From Spirochaetota bacterium (GTDB lineage: Bacteria; Spirochaetota; UBA4802; JAFGDQ01): 64,000 nt of DNA. Both the position numbers and the translations under genes were made by a program. This document shows, piece after piece, positions 19,469 to 29,718 of this stretch. Numbering within the stretch: the first letter of the stretch is position 1; each line of letters begins with the position of its first letter. The DNA lies in assembly GCA_043803405.1 (NCBI GenBank), contig JAZDKB010000009.1:32001-96000 (forward strand), given 5' to 3'. Under the pieces are notes generated by a model. That model worked only from the letters and a program-made list of their open reading frames with translations. It did not search any database and was not told where the DNA came from.

Positions 19469-20260
19469 CTAAGCTGCTGTAACCGGATTAACAAGCGTGC
19501 CTATCCCGTCGATTTTAAGCTCGAGTACGTCCCCAGGTTTAAGATATACCGGCGGCTTGCGCGTGTATCCTACTCCTCCCGGTGTCCCGCTCAATATTAC
19601 TGTTCCGGGGAGCAGCGTAGTGTCCTCCGATAGATACGACACAAGCTCGGCTACCGTGAAAATCATATCGGACGTATTGGCGTTTTGCATAACATTGCCG
19701 TTAAGTGAGCATGTGAGTTGAAGGGACTGCGGATCGGGTATTTCATCGGGCGTTACCAGCACAGGCCCAAGCGGGCAGAACGTATCGAAGCTCTTGGCAC
19801 GCACCCACTGTCCGGAGCCTGCATTCTTCTGCCAGCGCCGTGCAGATACATCGTTCCCGATAGTGTACCCGAACACGTAGTAAGGCGCGTCGGCTACGCT
19901 GACGTTCTTGGCAGTCCTTCCAATAACAACTGCGAGCTCGATTTCGTAATCGACTTCGGGTATTTTAGCGCAGGAGCGCGGTATGATAATCGGATCATTC
20001 GGATTCGTAACGGATGCCGTATTCTTCATAAACAGCACCGGATACTCCGGGAGCTTGAAGCCTGTCTCACCTGCATGCTCTTTATAATTCAGGCCGATGC
20101 ACAAAATAACCGGCGGTAGAATAGGAGCCAGCAGTTTTTTAACACGAACTATTTTACCTGTATCTTTCATATCACCGCTAAGCAATACTGCTGAATCATT
20201 TTCGTAATTGTGACCTAAATTGATATGATTATTCTCATCAAGAAAACGGATTATACGCAT
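19469..20260 (-). CDS. Fumarylacetoacetate hydrolase family protein
   Basis: CIGLNYKEH, DYEIELAVVIG, GNDVSAR, AKSFDTFCPLGP, SGTPGGVG. Confidence 0.93.
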   Translation of the reverse strand: MRIIRFLDENNHINLGHNYENDSAVLLSGDMKDTGKIVRVKKLLAPILPPVILCIGLNYKEHAGETGFKLPEYPVLFMKNTASVTNPNDPIIIPRSCAKIPEVDYEIELAVVIGRTAKNVSVADAPYYVFGYTIGNDVSARRWQKNAGSGQWVRAKSFDTFCPLGPVLVTPDEIPDPQSLQLTCSLNGNVMQNANTSDMIFTVAELVSYLSEDTTLLPGTVILSGTPGGVGYTRKPPVYLKPGDVLELKIDGIGTLVNPVTAA

Positions 20261-20347
20261 AATAACTCCATGAAATTAAAATTTGAAACCACTAATGAAC
20301 ATAAATAAATACTACAGGTCATCTTAAAATTAAGTTATATATTCGAC

Positions 20348-20472
20348 AAATTAAAATACATTATAAAATTTTTGAGGACGCCTTTCAGGCCTGAAGCAAA
20401 AATACTTAAGAACATAAAAAAATATACTCGAAGGCCTGATTCCGCAGAAAATTTTATAATGTATTTTAATTT
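20348..20472. repeat. 125-bp palindromic element, copy 1 (MITE-like or structured RNA)
   Basis: About 27-bp terminal arms and core GAGGACGCCTTTCAGGCCTGA...GAAGGCCTGATTCCGC; second copy at 28333-28457. Confidence 0.85.
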
Positions 20473-20550
20473 AAAGTCGGCTATTTATGTAAAATCATAT
20501 TTTTAAGGTGAATTATGATCAACTTATTAATTACCCAACTTAATAATTTT

Positions 20551-21225
20551 TTATGAGACCGGCTCAATGCACTTCGCGGAATTATTTTTCGGCGAGTTAA
20601 CGAAAGGCGTAACTTCATACGCGTCCATCAGCTTAGTATCCAGCGGCCGGAGGAGCTTGAGCAAATCTGCTTCATTGTAAGTTTTGTTATTGAGCCACGC
20701 TTCCCTGTCCTTTTTTTGTATGATGACCGGCATCCTTTTTTTATCGTGTATTCCGGCTGTCAGCTCATTTGCTTCGGTTGTTATGATAGTAAAAGTATAG
20801 AGCTTCTCGTTTCCGGGTGCATCCCATTCGTCGTAAAGTCCGGCCATGCCGAATAAGGAATTATCTTTCAGAAAAATGTAATACGGTATTTTGCTGTTAC
20901 CGGCTTTCTTCCATTCGTAAAATCCGTCGGCAGGAACGATGCAGCGTTTGCTTTTAAGCGGGACTTTAAAGCTGGGCTTTTCTGCTAGCGTCTCTGCCTT
21001 TGCGTTAATCATGTTATTGCCGATCTTCGGGTCCTTTGCCCAGTGCGGAACAAGCCCCCACTTAAATGCAGCATATATGTTCTTTCCGCCTTCGTTTATC
21101 ACAACGCCGGCTTTTTGCGAAGGCGCAATATTGTAGCTCGCATTCGGTTCGGCCTGCCAGCTCTCTATATAAAACTCGAGCTGAATATCCGGCCTTTCGC
21201 TTTTTTGTGTGAATCTTCCGCACAT
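20551..21225 (-). CDS. SOS response-associated peptidase (SRAP/YedK/HMCES) abasic-site crosslinking protein
   Basis: N-terminal MCGRF, YNIAPSQ, WGLVP, INAKAET, RCIVPADGFYEW, H-D..RMPVI. Confidence 0.95.
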   Translation of the reverse strand: MCGRFTQKSERPDIQLEFYIESWQAEPNASYNIAPSQKAGVVINEGGKNIYAAFKWGLVPHWAKDPKIGNNMINAKAETLAEKPSFKVPLKSKRCIVPADGFYEWKKAGNSKIPYYIFLKDNSLFGMAGLYDEWDAPGNEKLYTFTIITTEANELTAGIHDKKRMPVIIQKKDREAWLNNKTYNEADLLKLLRPLDTKLMDAYEVTPFVNSPKNNSAKCIEPVS

Positions 21226-21272
21226 GATTTGTTTCCGATTATATCCTCTTATTCATTAGAAAAATATTCTTA

Positions 21273-21384
21273 TGTCAGGATATACTAATTATAAATTTGC
21301 AGGCAACAGGATGTTGCCGATAGCCGCTTCATACAGGATGTATGCATTAGCGGCTGGCAAATTTATAATTAGTATATCCTGACA
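21273..21384. repeat. Perfect 28-bp inverted repeat enclosing two CAGGATG-loop hairpins
   Basis: TGTCAGGATATACTAATTATAAATTTGC (21273-21300) and exact reverse complement (21357-21384). Confidence 0.85.
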
Positions 21385-21397
21385 ATGAACATTATGC

Positions 21398-21967
21398 CTA
21401 TCTCTTTTGCTTCTTCTGCACCGAGAAACCGAATTTGCCGATAGAATTTGAAACAGCGCAGTAATAACCATGATTATAGCACAGGAGACCTGCTTTTTCC
21501 AGGTGCAGTTTTCCGTTTTTGTCGATCAGCCTTCTTTCGGCGTTAACTGCAACAACTTCCGCAAGAAACATGTGATGGCTCCCTAGCTCTGTTACGGACT
21601 TAACGCGCGCTTCGATGGCGACCGGGCATTCTTTTATTATTGGAGCTTGTACTGCCGAGGCGCGCTCGGTATGCAGGCCGAGTTCCGCAAACTTGTCTAC
21701 ATCCCTGCCGGATTTCACGCCGCAGAAATCCACAGCAAACGCAATGTCCTGGCCTGGCAGATTCACAACGAACTCGCCCGACTTTTTTACAAGGTCGTAC
21801 GAGAAGCGCTCCGGCCGCAGCGAGATCGAAAGCATTGGCGGATCGGTGCACACTGTGCCTGCCCACGAAACAGTAAGCACGTTCGTTATATTATCATACG
21901 CAGATGTTACAAGCACGGCAGGCACCGGGTAAAGCATTGTGCCGGGTTTCCAGACTACCTTTGACAT
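21398..21967 (-). CDS. Flavin reductase-like family protein
   Basis: YPVPAVLVT, SGEFVVNLP, CGVKSGRDVDKF, ECPVAIE, LGSHHMFLAEV. Confidence 0.9.
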   Translation of the reverse strand: MSKVVWKPGTMLYPVPAVLVTSAYDNITNVLTVSWAGTVCTDPPMLSISLRPERFSYDLVKKSGEFVVNLPGQDIAFAVDFCGVKSGRDVDKFAELGLHTERASAVQAPIIKECPVAIEARVKSVTELGSHHMFLAEVVAVNAERRLIDKNGKLHLEKAGLLCYNHGYYCAVSNSIGKFGFSVQKKQKR

Positions 21968-22210
21968 TATCTGACCTTATAATATTTGGAATTAACAACT
22001 CATTATGTTTTACAGTTTAGTAATTCGTTTTGCAATTAATCAAGTATTATTATTCCCTGTGTATTCAGATTATTATTATTTAACAAATAACAAAATTGGA
22101 AAATAATATTGCCTTTTTAAAAATTTTCGATACAATTACATCAATTACATCGTGAAGCTGAACTTTGACTGGTTTACATGTAAGATTAAACCACCGGGCG
22201 AGGAAAAAGC

Positions 22211-25200
22211 ATGGCGGCCGGGAAAATCGGGATTCTATTAATAACAGGCAATGCTGACGATGCAGGGCATATCCGAGATATGCTGCATGGCAGACTTGCG
22301 GTCGAAATTGAAACCGCCGGCAGTCTTGACGCTGCAATAGCCTGCATACCCGGGCATAAATTCGATGTAATTCTCCTTGATCTAAACTTCCCGGATTCCG
22401 CAGGTATTGACTCACTTAATCGCTTAACAGCAGCCACAGGCAGCGCGATACCGTTAATAATTCTTACAGGGCCAAACGACGAAGCTTTCAACGAGTCCTG
22501 TATTGGACGCGGCGCAGACGATTGCCTTGTCAGGGGAGAGATCGATGCACGCATTCTGGCCCGCTCCATTCGGTACTCCATCGACCGGAAGAAGATGCAG
22601 TCCGAACTGAGTTACAGCAATCTGATGCTGAAAAACTCGATACTGGAAGAAAAGCGGACCACGGCTGCCTTATGCGAATCGGAGGCAAAGTACAAACTTC
22701 TTTACAGCAGCATGAGGGACGCCTTTGCCGGCGTTGACATGGAAGGACACATTGTAGATTACAATGAACCTTACCTGAGCATGCTTGGATATACAGCGGA
22801 AGAAATTACCTCCCTTACATATAATGACATTACTCCTGAAAAATGGTATGCTATGGAAGCTGATATTATAAAAAATCAGGTGCTTACAAGAGGTTATTCG
22901 GATATCTATGAAAAGGAATACAGGAGAAAAGACGGCGCAATTTTACCTGTCGAATTGCGGACAATACTCGTTAAGGGTGAATCGGGAAAATATACGGCCA
23001 TGTGGGCCATAGTCCGCGACATTACCGAACGTAAAAATACCGAGGAATCCCTGAAGATGTTCAGGTATACAGTTGAGCAGGCTGCGGAAGACGTAGAGTG
23101 GATTAATCGCAATGCGGAATTTGTGTACGTCAACGAACAGGCCTGCCGTTCACTCGGATATACACATGACGAAATGTTGAGCCTTAAATTGTGGGATATC
23201 GATCCTGTATTTCACAAAGAACACTGGGAATCCGGGTGGGACAGACTTCTGAAGGGGGAAGAACTGGATGTCATGGTTTTCGAAAGCATGCATAGGCGTA
23301 AAGACGGTACTCTTTTCCCTGTTGAGGTAAGAGCGCAGCACTTGTGTTTCGGCAATCAAATGATGGCTGTTGCAGTAGTTATTAATATAACCGAACGCAA
23401 ACGTGCGGAAAAAGCGCTCATTGAACGCGATACCCTGTTTGCAAAAATTTCCTCCCAGGTACCCGGTATGCTTTACCAGTTTGCGAGAAAACCGGATGGA
23501 TCGTACTCTATGCCATTTAGCAGCGAGAGTGTCAGGGATATCTTCGGATGTTCGCCGGAAGAGGTACGTAATAATTTCAACCCGATTTTAAAAGTTATAT
23601 ATCCGGAAGATATGGACAGATTCATTCAGTCAATTGAAGAATCGACAAAGAGCCTGTCGCCGTGGATATGTGAATACAGAGTACAGGTTCCAGGTAAACC
23701 GGTCAAGTGGCTGATTGGCAATTCCATTCCTGAAAAAACGGGAGATGGCACTATTATCTGGAGCGGCTATAACACCGACATCACAGACCGCAAGCTGGCA
23801 GAGAAAGCTCTGCGCGAAAGCGAACAGCGCTTCCGGAGCCTGGTTAAGAGCGCCAGAGATCTTATCTGGGGTGTAACCTTAGAAGGCATTATCAACTACC
23901 TGTCACCAAACTGGATGGACTTCATGGGAGAGCCCGCATCCGAAGCCATAGGCAAATCATTTGAACCATATATATATCCGGATGATATATGCATATTCAG
24001 GGGCTTTCTTAATAAAGTACTGGAATCAGGGGAAGTGGTAGAAGGCCTTGATTTTCGCACGTTGCACAGGGACGGGCCGATCCGCTGGCATTCTGCCAAG
24101 ATATCTGCCCTTCGCGACGAGGCCGGCAACATTATGAGCTATATAGGAATTTCCCGCGACATAACCGAGCACAAACGTATTGAAGACGAACTTCGTATTA
24201 AAGATGAATTGTTCTATTTAACTGGCGAAGTAGCAAAAGTAGGAGGATGGGAATTCGACGCAGTTACGCATAAAGGTACATGGAATGACGAAGTAGCCAG
24301 AATCCACGATCTGGACCCCAAACAGGAAACCAACATGGAACTGGGGATAAGTTTCTATTCCGTGGAATCGAAAGCCAGGATTGAGGAAGCGATCAAAGAA
24401 GCCATTCAACTGGCCAGGCCGTACGATCTGGAACTTGAATTAATAAGCGCCAAAAATGTGCGTAAAACTGTAAGAACAATAGGACTTCCGGTAATAGAAG
24501 AAGGAAGAGTTGTCAAGGTACGTGGAATTTTTCAGGACATCACGGAACGCAAGCAGGCAGAGGAAGAGATACGCCGCCTTAACGAATCTCTTGAGAATCG
24601 CATTTTTGAGCGTACTGCCCAGCTTGAAGCTGCAAACGAAGAACTGGAAGCGTTTTGCTATTCGGTATCTCATGATCTGCGCGCCCCGTTACGTGCAATT
24701 GACGGATACACGAGTATTCTCATTGAGGACTACGATCAATATTTGGATGACGAAGGCAAGCGTATATGTTCCGTGATTCACACTGAGACCATGCGAATGA
24801 ATCAGCTAATTGACGACTTACTCGGTTTATCACATTTAAGCCGTTCAAAAATACAAATTATACCAATCGATATGGACAGCACCGTAAACTCGGTTTACGA
24901 CGAACTTACCACACCGGAAGAGCGCAACAGGATTGATTTTCGCGTGCGGCAATTGCCCAAGGCAATGGCCGATCCTGTGCTGGTCCGCCAGGTATTGATG
25001 AACCTGGTCGGCAATGCAATCAAGTTTTCCTCCCGCAAGGAGCGCAGCTTAATTGAGATTTGGGGAGAACGCCAGGAAAGGGAAACCGTATATACGATTC
25101 GCGACAACGGAGCAGGTTTTGACCCGCAGTATGCCGATAAACTTTTCGGCGTTTTCCAGCGTCTCCATAGCAACGGAGAATTCGAAGGCACCGGAGTGGG

Positions 25201-25318
25201 GCTGGCAATTGTCAAGCGAGCGATCCACCGCCACGGAGGCCGCGTGTGGGCACAGAGCGAAGTAGGAAAAGGCGCATCATTTTCCTTTTCGCTTCCGAAT
25301 GAAAAAGACGCCTTATGA
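22211..25318 (+). CDS. Sensor histidine kinase: degenerate REC, multiple PAS/PAC, HisKA, HATPase
   Basis: N-terminal LLDLNFPD; repeated DITERK PAC ends; SHDLRAPL H-box; NLVGNAIKF, DNGAGF, GTGVGL. Confidence 0.93.
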   Translation: MAAGKIGILLITGNADDAGHIRDMLHGRLAVEIETAGSLDAAIACIPGHKFDVILLDLNFPDSAGIDSLNRLTAATGSAIPLIILTGPNDEAFNESCIGRGADDCLVRGEIDARILARSIRYSIDRKKMQSELSYSNLMLKNSILEEKRTTAALCESEAKYKLLYSSMRDAFAGVDMEGHIVDYNEPYLSMLGYTAEEITSLTYNDITPEKWYAMEADIIKNQVLTRGYSDIYEKEYRRKDGAILPVELRTILVKGESGKYTAMWAIVRDITERKNTEESLKMFRYTVEQAAEDVEWINRNAEFVYVNEQACRSLGYTHDEMLSLKLWDIDPVFHKEHWESGWDRLLKGEELDVMVFESMHRRKDGTLFPVEVRAQHLCFGNQMMAVAVVINITERKRAEKALIERDTLFAKISSQVPGMLYQFARKPDGSYSMPFSSESVRDIFGCSPEEVRNNFNPILKVIYPEDMDRFIQSIEESTKSLSPWICEYRVQVPGKPVKWLIGNSIPEKTGDGTIIWSGYNTDITDRKLAEKALRESEQRFRSLVKSARDLIWGVTLEGIINYLSPNWMDFMGEPASEAIGKSFEPYIYPDDICIFRGFLNKVLESGEVVEGLDFRTLHRDGPIRWHSAKISALRDEAGNIMSYIGISRDITEHKRIEDELRIKDELFYLTGEVAKVGGWEFDAVTHKGTWNDEVARIHDLDPKQETNMELGISFYSVESKARIEEAIKEAIQLARPYDLELELISAKNVRKTVRTIGLPVIEEGRVVKVRGIFQDITERKQAEEEIRRLNESLENRIFERTAQLEAANEELEAFCYSVSHDLRAPLRAIDGYTSILIEDYDQYLDDEGKRICSVIHTETMRMNQLIDDLLGLSHLSRSKIQIIPIDMDSTVNSVYDELTTPEERNRIDFRVRQLPKAMADPVLVRQVLMNLVGNAIKFSSRKERSLIEIWGERQERETVYTIRDNGAGFDPQYADKLFGVFQRLHSNGEFEGTGVGLAIVKRAIHRHGGRVWAQSEVGKGASFSFSLPNEKDAL

Positions 25319-25330
25319 TCCATACCGGAG

Positions 25331-28291
25331 TCACACAAACCTTATATCCATTGCGTTAAAGATAATTGTGTCGAACTCCACGCCGACCTTGCCTGTAAGG
25401 ATATACGGCCGCTGGTACGAGAGCATCAGGGCGAACTTTTTGTATGCCTTTGGGAAGATCACTGTTTCGAATATCGCAGTCTCGTCTTCAAAGCTTATGA
25501 ATTTCATGAGCTCGTCCTCTTTTGTCATGACAGTCTTGGATGTGATTAGTATACCGGCAACCCTTACTGTTTTTCCCGCGTATCTCTCAATGTCCCTGGC
25601 GAATATTATGCCTTTTTCTTTTATGTTTTTCCTGTAATATATCATGGGATGGACGGATATAAAAGAATCGTAAATGTCCAGTTCCTGCTTCAGTTTTTGA
25701 TCATAAGATATCCCCCGCATAGGAGGCGGGATTATTTCTTCCTGCTTTACCTCGCCGAATAATTCTCCGGAAGAGGCGTCCCGCTTGCCATGAAAGAATT
25801 TTCGTGCAACAAATAACATTTGCGGCTGATTGTATTTTTCTAGCTTATCGAAACAGCCTGCCTTAATAAGTATGTCGGTATCCGAAGGCCCGGCATCCGT
25901 TCTCCGCAGAAAGTCGGATATGCTTTTGAATTTACCGTTCGCCTTCCTTTCGCGGATTATGCTCATTATGCCTTTATGTGAAAGCCCTTTAATCTGCATA
26001 AATCCTATGTACACGCTATCTTTGCGGCCGAAGAATTCGTACTCGCTCTCGTTAATATCCGGCGGGATAATCTTCAGCCCCATGCGCCTTGCTTCGGAAA
26101 TATACGCGAGCGTTGTGTAGAACCCGCCCTTGTTTTTCATCACAGCGCCCATGAATTCAGCAGGATAATGCGCCTTGAGCCAGCACGACTTGAATGAGAG
26201 CAGTGCGTACGACGCGCTGTGCGCCTTGCAGAAGCTGTATCCCGAAAAAGACTCTATCATGTCCCAGACTTCCGCAATGACCTTGTCCTCAATATTTTTC
26301 TTCCTGAGATTATCATACATCTTATCCCTGAGCTCCATTTTGCGCTTTTGTTTGCTCTTTTTAGATACTACCTTGCGGAGTTCCTCGCCTTCGCTTAAAG
26401 TAAAGTCCGCGATCTCCATTGCGATCTTGGTGATGTCCTCCTGGTAGCACATAATGCCGTATGTTTCTTCGAGTATCTTCTCCATGCCGGGGATAAGCGC
26501 GCTGAACGGTTTTCCCCGCAGCCGCTCCAGGTATTCATTTATCCACCTGTTTGCAGCAGGCCGGATTATCGAAGAATGAATAACAAGATGTTCGTAGTCG
26601 CCCTTGCACGACTTTTTCTGCAGCTGGCGCATGGCAGGCGACTCCACGTAAAATACGCCCATGCTTTCGCCTGCCGCAAGCATAGAGATAGTCTTTGCAT
26701 CATCAAGAGGGTTAAACTCCTCGTATCTGATCTCTTTCCCGTAATGCACTTTGACCAGCTCGAGCGCGTCCCGCACAACAGCAAGGCTCCTGTTCCCCAG
26801 AATGTCTATCTTGACGAACCCGAAATCCTCTGCCTGGTCCTTCTCAAGCTGGATAATGTTCACGCCCTTTGCGGCCTCCTCGACCGGGATGTAGTAGCGC
26901 ACAGGCTTCGGGGTTATCACAACGCCTCCGCAGTGCACGGACATGTGGCGCACCATGCCGCTTATGCCAACAGCCTGCTCGTAAATGCTTCGCCATTCTT
27001 CTGCAGTGCCCGCGTTCTTCGAATAATTCTTTATCCCGTCGCTTTCCCTGTTGTAATAATACCCGATGTTCTTTGTTATCTTTTTTATCTCATTCTCAGG
27101 TACACCGTAAACCTTCGCAACCTCGCGGACCGACGAGCGTACCGAGAATGTTATGTGATTCGAAACCATCGCTACATTATCAGCCGAATACCTGTTAAAA
27201 ATATACTTCAGGATATTGTCCCGCATGTCCCACGGGAAATCCACGTCAATATCCGGAGGGTCGAGCCTGCCGTCGTTGATGAATCTTTCGAAAAAAAGAT
27301 TATGCTTTACAGGGTCCACATGCGTTATAAAGAGGAGATACGAAACGATAGAGGAAGCGGCAGACCCGCGGCCGCATGTGTACATTGTCTGCTTAACAAT
27401 ATCCTGCACCACAAGAAAGTAATCCGCAAAGCCTTTGCGCTTTATCACGCCAAGTTCCTTCTCCAGCCTTGCTATAATCCGGCCGCGCTCCTCAGCCTGC
27501 GCGCGCGGAAATCTCTTCTCAATGTTCTCATAACACATATCCCTCAAAAGCTGAAAAGCGTTCTCCGCGTACTTCGGGAAGATCGCGCTCCCCATCTGAA
27601 AACCGAACTGCGAGCTTTCCGCGATAATGCGCGTATTCGCGATCGCGTCCGCGATATGCGAAAAGCGCGCTGCTACTTCTTCGCACGGGATAAAACGCGC
27701 GTCCGCATTCTGCACTCCTTCGCAGTCTGGCGCAGACAGCTTCCGGTTGCCGTGTATCGCCCTTAATAGTTTGTGCAGACTGTAACCGGCATCATCCTTA
27801 AAATATACAGGATATATGAGCACAGGCTTTATCTTCTTCTGCTTCGCGTATCTGTACACATCAAAGTAATTCTTGTTTAACACATTTATCTCTGCGTAAA
27901 GATTCGCGTTCCCTGTCTCAAGCACATCCATGCTGTCCGTAAGCACATAGTAATCGCTGTCGCTTCTCTTTAGCTCGCCCCGCAAATCGTAATCGCTGTT
28001 CATCCGTATCTGCGAAATAAAATTGCATATCTTCGCGTACCCGCGCATTGTTCTCGCGATCAGTATGCCGTTAAAGAATACGCTTTTTATTCTGGACGAT
28101 ATTACCGGCGACAGCACCTCTTCCCTGCACGCCTCAACAAACCGTACTATGCCGTAAAACCCGTTCGTATCGCAGATTGAAAGATAGCGGAAACCGTTCT
28201 CCTTCGCGTAAGACACAAGCTCGCTCACGAATATGGTGCCTTCGCAAAGCGAATACACGGAATGATTTTCCAGAAATACAAAGTCGTTCAT
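25331..28291 (-). CDS. dnaE2: Error-prone DNA polymerase III alpha subunit (DnaE2/ImuC-type)
   Basis: PHP N-terminus, GRGSAASS, PPDIDVDF, KIDILG, YSFCKAHSASYA, C-terminal OB fold; in cassette with lexA and imuB-like gene. Confidence 0.9.
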   Translation of the reverse strand: MNDFVFLENHSVYSLCEGTIFVSELVSYAKENGFRYLSICDTNGFYGIVRFVEACREEVLSPVISSRIKSVFFNGILIARTMRGYAKICNFISQIRMNSDYDLRGELKRSDSDYYVLTDSMDVLETGNANLYAEINVLNKNYFDVYRYAKQKKIKPVLIYPVYFKDDAGYSLHKLLRAIHGNRKLSAPDCEGVQNADARFIPCEEVAARFSHIADAIANTRIIAESSQFGFQMGSAIFPKYAENAFQLLRDMCYENIEKRFPRAQAEERGRIIARLEKELGVIKRKGFADYFLVVQDIVKQTMYTCGRGSAASSIVSYLLFITHVDPVKHNLFFERFINDGRLDPPDIDVDFPWDMRDNILKYIFNRYSADNVAMVSNHITFSVRSSVREVAKVYGVPENEIKKITKNIGYYYNRESDGIKNYSKNAGTAEEWRSIYEQAVGISGMVRHMSVHCGGVVITPKPVRYYIPVEEAAKGVNIIQLEKDQAEDFGFVKIDILGNRSLAVVRDALELVKVHYGKEIRYEEFNPLDDAKTISMLAAGESMGVFYVESPAMRQLQKKSCKGDYEHLVIHSSIIRPAANRWINEYLERLRGKPFSALIPGMEKILEETYGIMCYQEDITKIAMEIADFTLSEGEELRKVVSKKSKQKRKMELRDKMYDNLRKKNIEDKVIAEVWDMIESFSGYSFCKAHSASYALLSFKSCWLKAHYPAEFMGAVMKNKGGFYTTLAYISEARRMGLKIIPPDINESEYEFFGRKDSVYIGFMQIKGLSHKGIMSIIRERKANGKFKSISDFLRRTDAGPSDTDILIKAGCFDKLEKYNQPQMLFVARKFFHGKRDASSGELFGEVKQEEIIPPPMRGISYDQKLKQELDIYDSFISVHPMIYYRKNIKEKGIIFARDIERYAGKTVRVAGILITSKTVMTKEDELMKFISFEDETAIFETVIFPKAYKKFALMLSYQRPYILTGKVGVEFDTIIFNAMDIRFV

Positions 28292-28332
28292 GGCATCCAG
28301 TCATAATAGTTTTTATTGGTTAATAGTGCCAA

Positions 28333-28457
28333 AAATCGAAATACATTACAAAATTTTTGAGGACGCCTTTCAGGCCTGATGTAAAAGTTATCAAAAACAG
28401 AAAAATCCAACCATGAAGGCCTGATTCCGCAAAAAATTTTGTAATGTATTTCGATTT
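28333..28457. repeat. 125-bp palindromic element, copy 2
   Basis: Same length, orientation and core as 20348-20472; arms differ by compensatory changes. Confidence 0.85.
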
Positions 28458-28531
28458 AATGAATATACAACTTAATTTTGAAGTGACTTATAATTATTAT
28501 AATTTAGCTGTAGCATTAGAGACTATTCCTT

Positions 28532-29707
28532 TCAGCAATAATCAATTGCTCCTTTCCCGTACTTCTTTCTTATCGTGTCAAAAGCGCGGCAGAGCTTCAG
28601 ATCCCTGTCGTCACTCCCGAACAGGCTTTCCTGTATCACAGCCGGGATGAATCCGGAGAAAGATAAAACTATCTTCTTCACGCACGTCCTCCGGTTAAGC
28701 GCCTCGTTAAGGTAAGGCAGAAGCGCTGCATAAAGCCTTTTATCCACAAACGTAGGAGCGGCTATCTTCCTGGTTTTTGCAAATTTGTAATTATCCTTAT
28801 AAATTATTTTCAAATCGAAATACAGCGGAAAAATGTCCTCCATGCGCATATCCGAACACAGCTCCAGAACAAGATTAAAAAACCTTCTGCGTATAAGCGC
28901 ATCGTCGTTTGCCTCATCGCTAAGTACCAGCGTCCTGGCGAGCAACCTGCCCTCCCCGGACGCGCACAAAAAATCCGGCGCAATGTTTCTCGAGTACGAA
29001 TACAACAGCCTGCCGTCGCTCTTAAACATAGCCTGCAAATCGGATTCCGAAAACACACGCAGGTCATTCACTCTCTGAATATTATAGTCCGCCAAAAGCT
29101 CCGACCGCGTCTCCGGGCGTATTCCCGGAATATACGCGATCTTTGCCGGGCCGAGAAATATATTCTCGGCAGCGGCGCATATCTCGTACGCCGATCTGCC
29201 CCCGCTCACCCTGGCAGCCAGATGCGCGATCAGCTTGTTGCTCCCTATTCCGGCCCTTGCATTAAAACCGTATACTTCGTTCAAATGCGAAACAATCCCA
29301 AGGCTTGTGTCTACGACACGACCGAAAAGCCTCCCTGTCCCGGTCAAATCAATATAAAACTCCCCGAAAGAATTGCTTTCAACGATCACGGAATATCCAT
29401 TAAGGTAACCCGTAATCATGTCGTTGATCTCTTTCATATATTCGTAATCCGCTGTTATTACGTTCATTTCGTTTTTAAGATGACGCGCGTTCTTTAAAAA
29501 CATTCCCTTCCTGATATTAACCGCCGCCAGGTTTTCAGACACATCGATTATAATGCTTGCAGGCGAGTCACCGCTGGCAACCGCACATAAAATATTACTG
29601 TCCCACTTCCTGCGCAACCTTTCGCCCTCAATAAAAACATGCGGGATATAGATAAACACGATTTTCTTAGTATGCTTCTTCATGATGCTATTCGCTAAAG
29701 ACCTCAT
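28532..29707 (-). CDS. imuB: Catalytically dead Y-family polymerase (ImuB-like)
   Basis: AGIGSNKLIAHLAA and IPGI Y-family motifs; motif I Asp replaced (IYIPHVF) and SIDE degraded to SFGE; clamp-binding-like QESLF; C-terminal FDTIRKKYG. Confidence 0.8.
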   Translation of the reverse strand: MRSLANSIMKKHTKKIVFIYIPHVFIEGERLRRKWDSNILCAVASGDSPASIIIDVSENLAAVNIRKGMFLKNARHLKNEMNVITADYEYMKEINDMITGYLNGYSVIVESNSFGEFYIDLTGTGRLFGRVVDTSLGIVSHLNEVYGFNARAGIGSNKLIAHLAARVSGGRSAYEICAAAENIFLGPAKIAYIPGIRPETRSELLADYNIQRVNDLRVFSESDLQAMFKSDGRLLYSYSRNIAPDFLCASGEGRLLARTLVLSDEANDDALIRRRFFNLVLELCSDMRMEDIFPLYFDLKIIYKDNYKFAKTRKIAAPTFVDKRLYAALLPYLNEALNRRTCVKKIVLSFSGFIPAVIQESLFGSDDRDLKLCRAFDTIRKKYGKGAIDYC

Positions 29708-29718
29708 CTACCAGGGCT

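Noticed and set aside
22133..22150. Tandem CAATTACAT x2 upstream of the histidine kinase
   Set aside because: 9-bp period with no spacer, single occurrence; could be simple slippage
26576..27766. 396-aa plus-strand ORF
   Set aside because: Lies wholly antisense to dnaE2, has no recognisable motifs, and is explained by the higher GC of that gene
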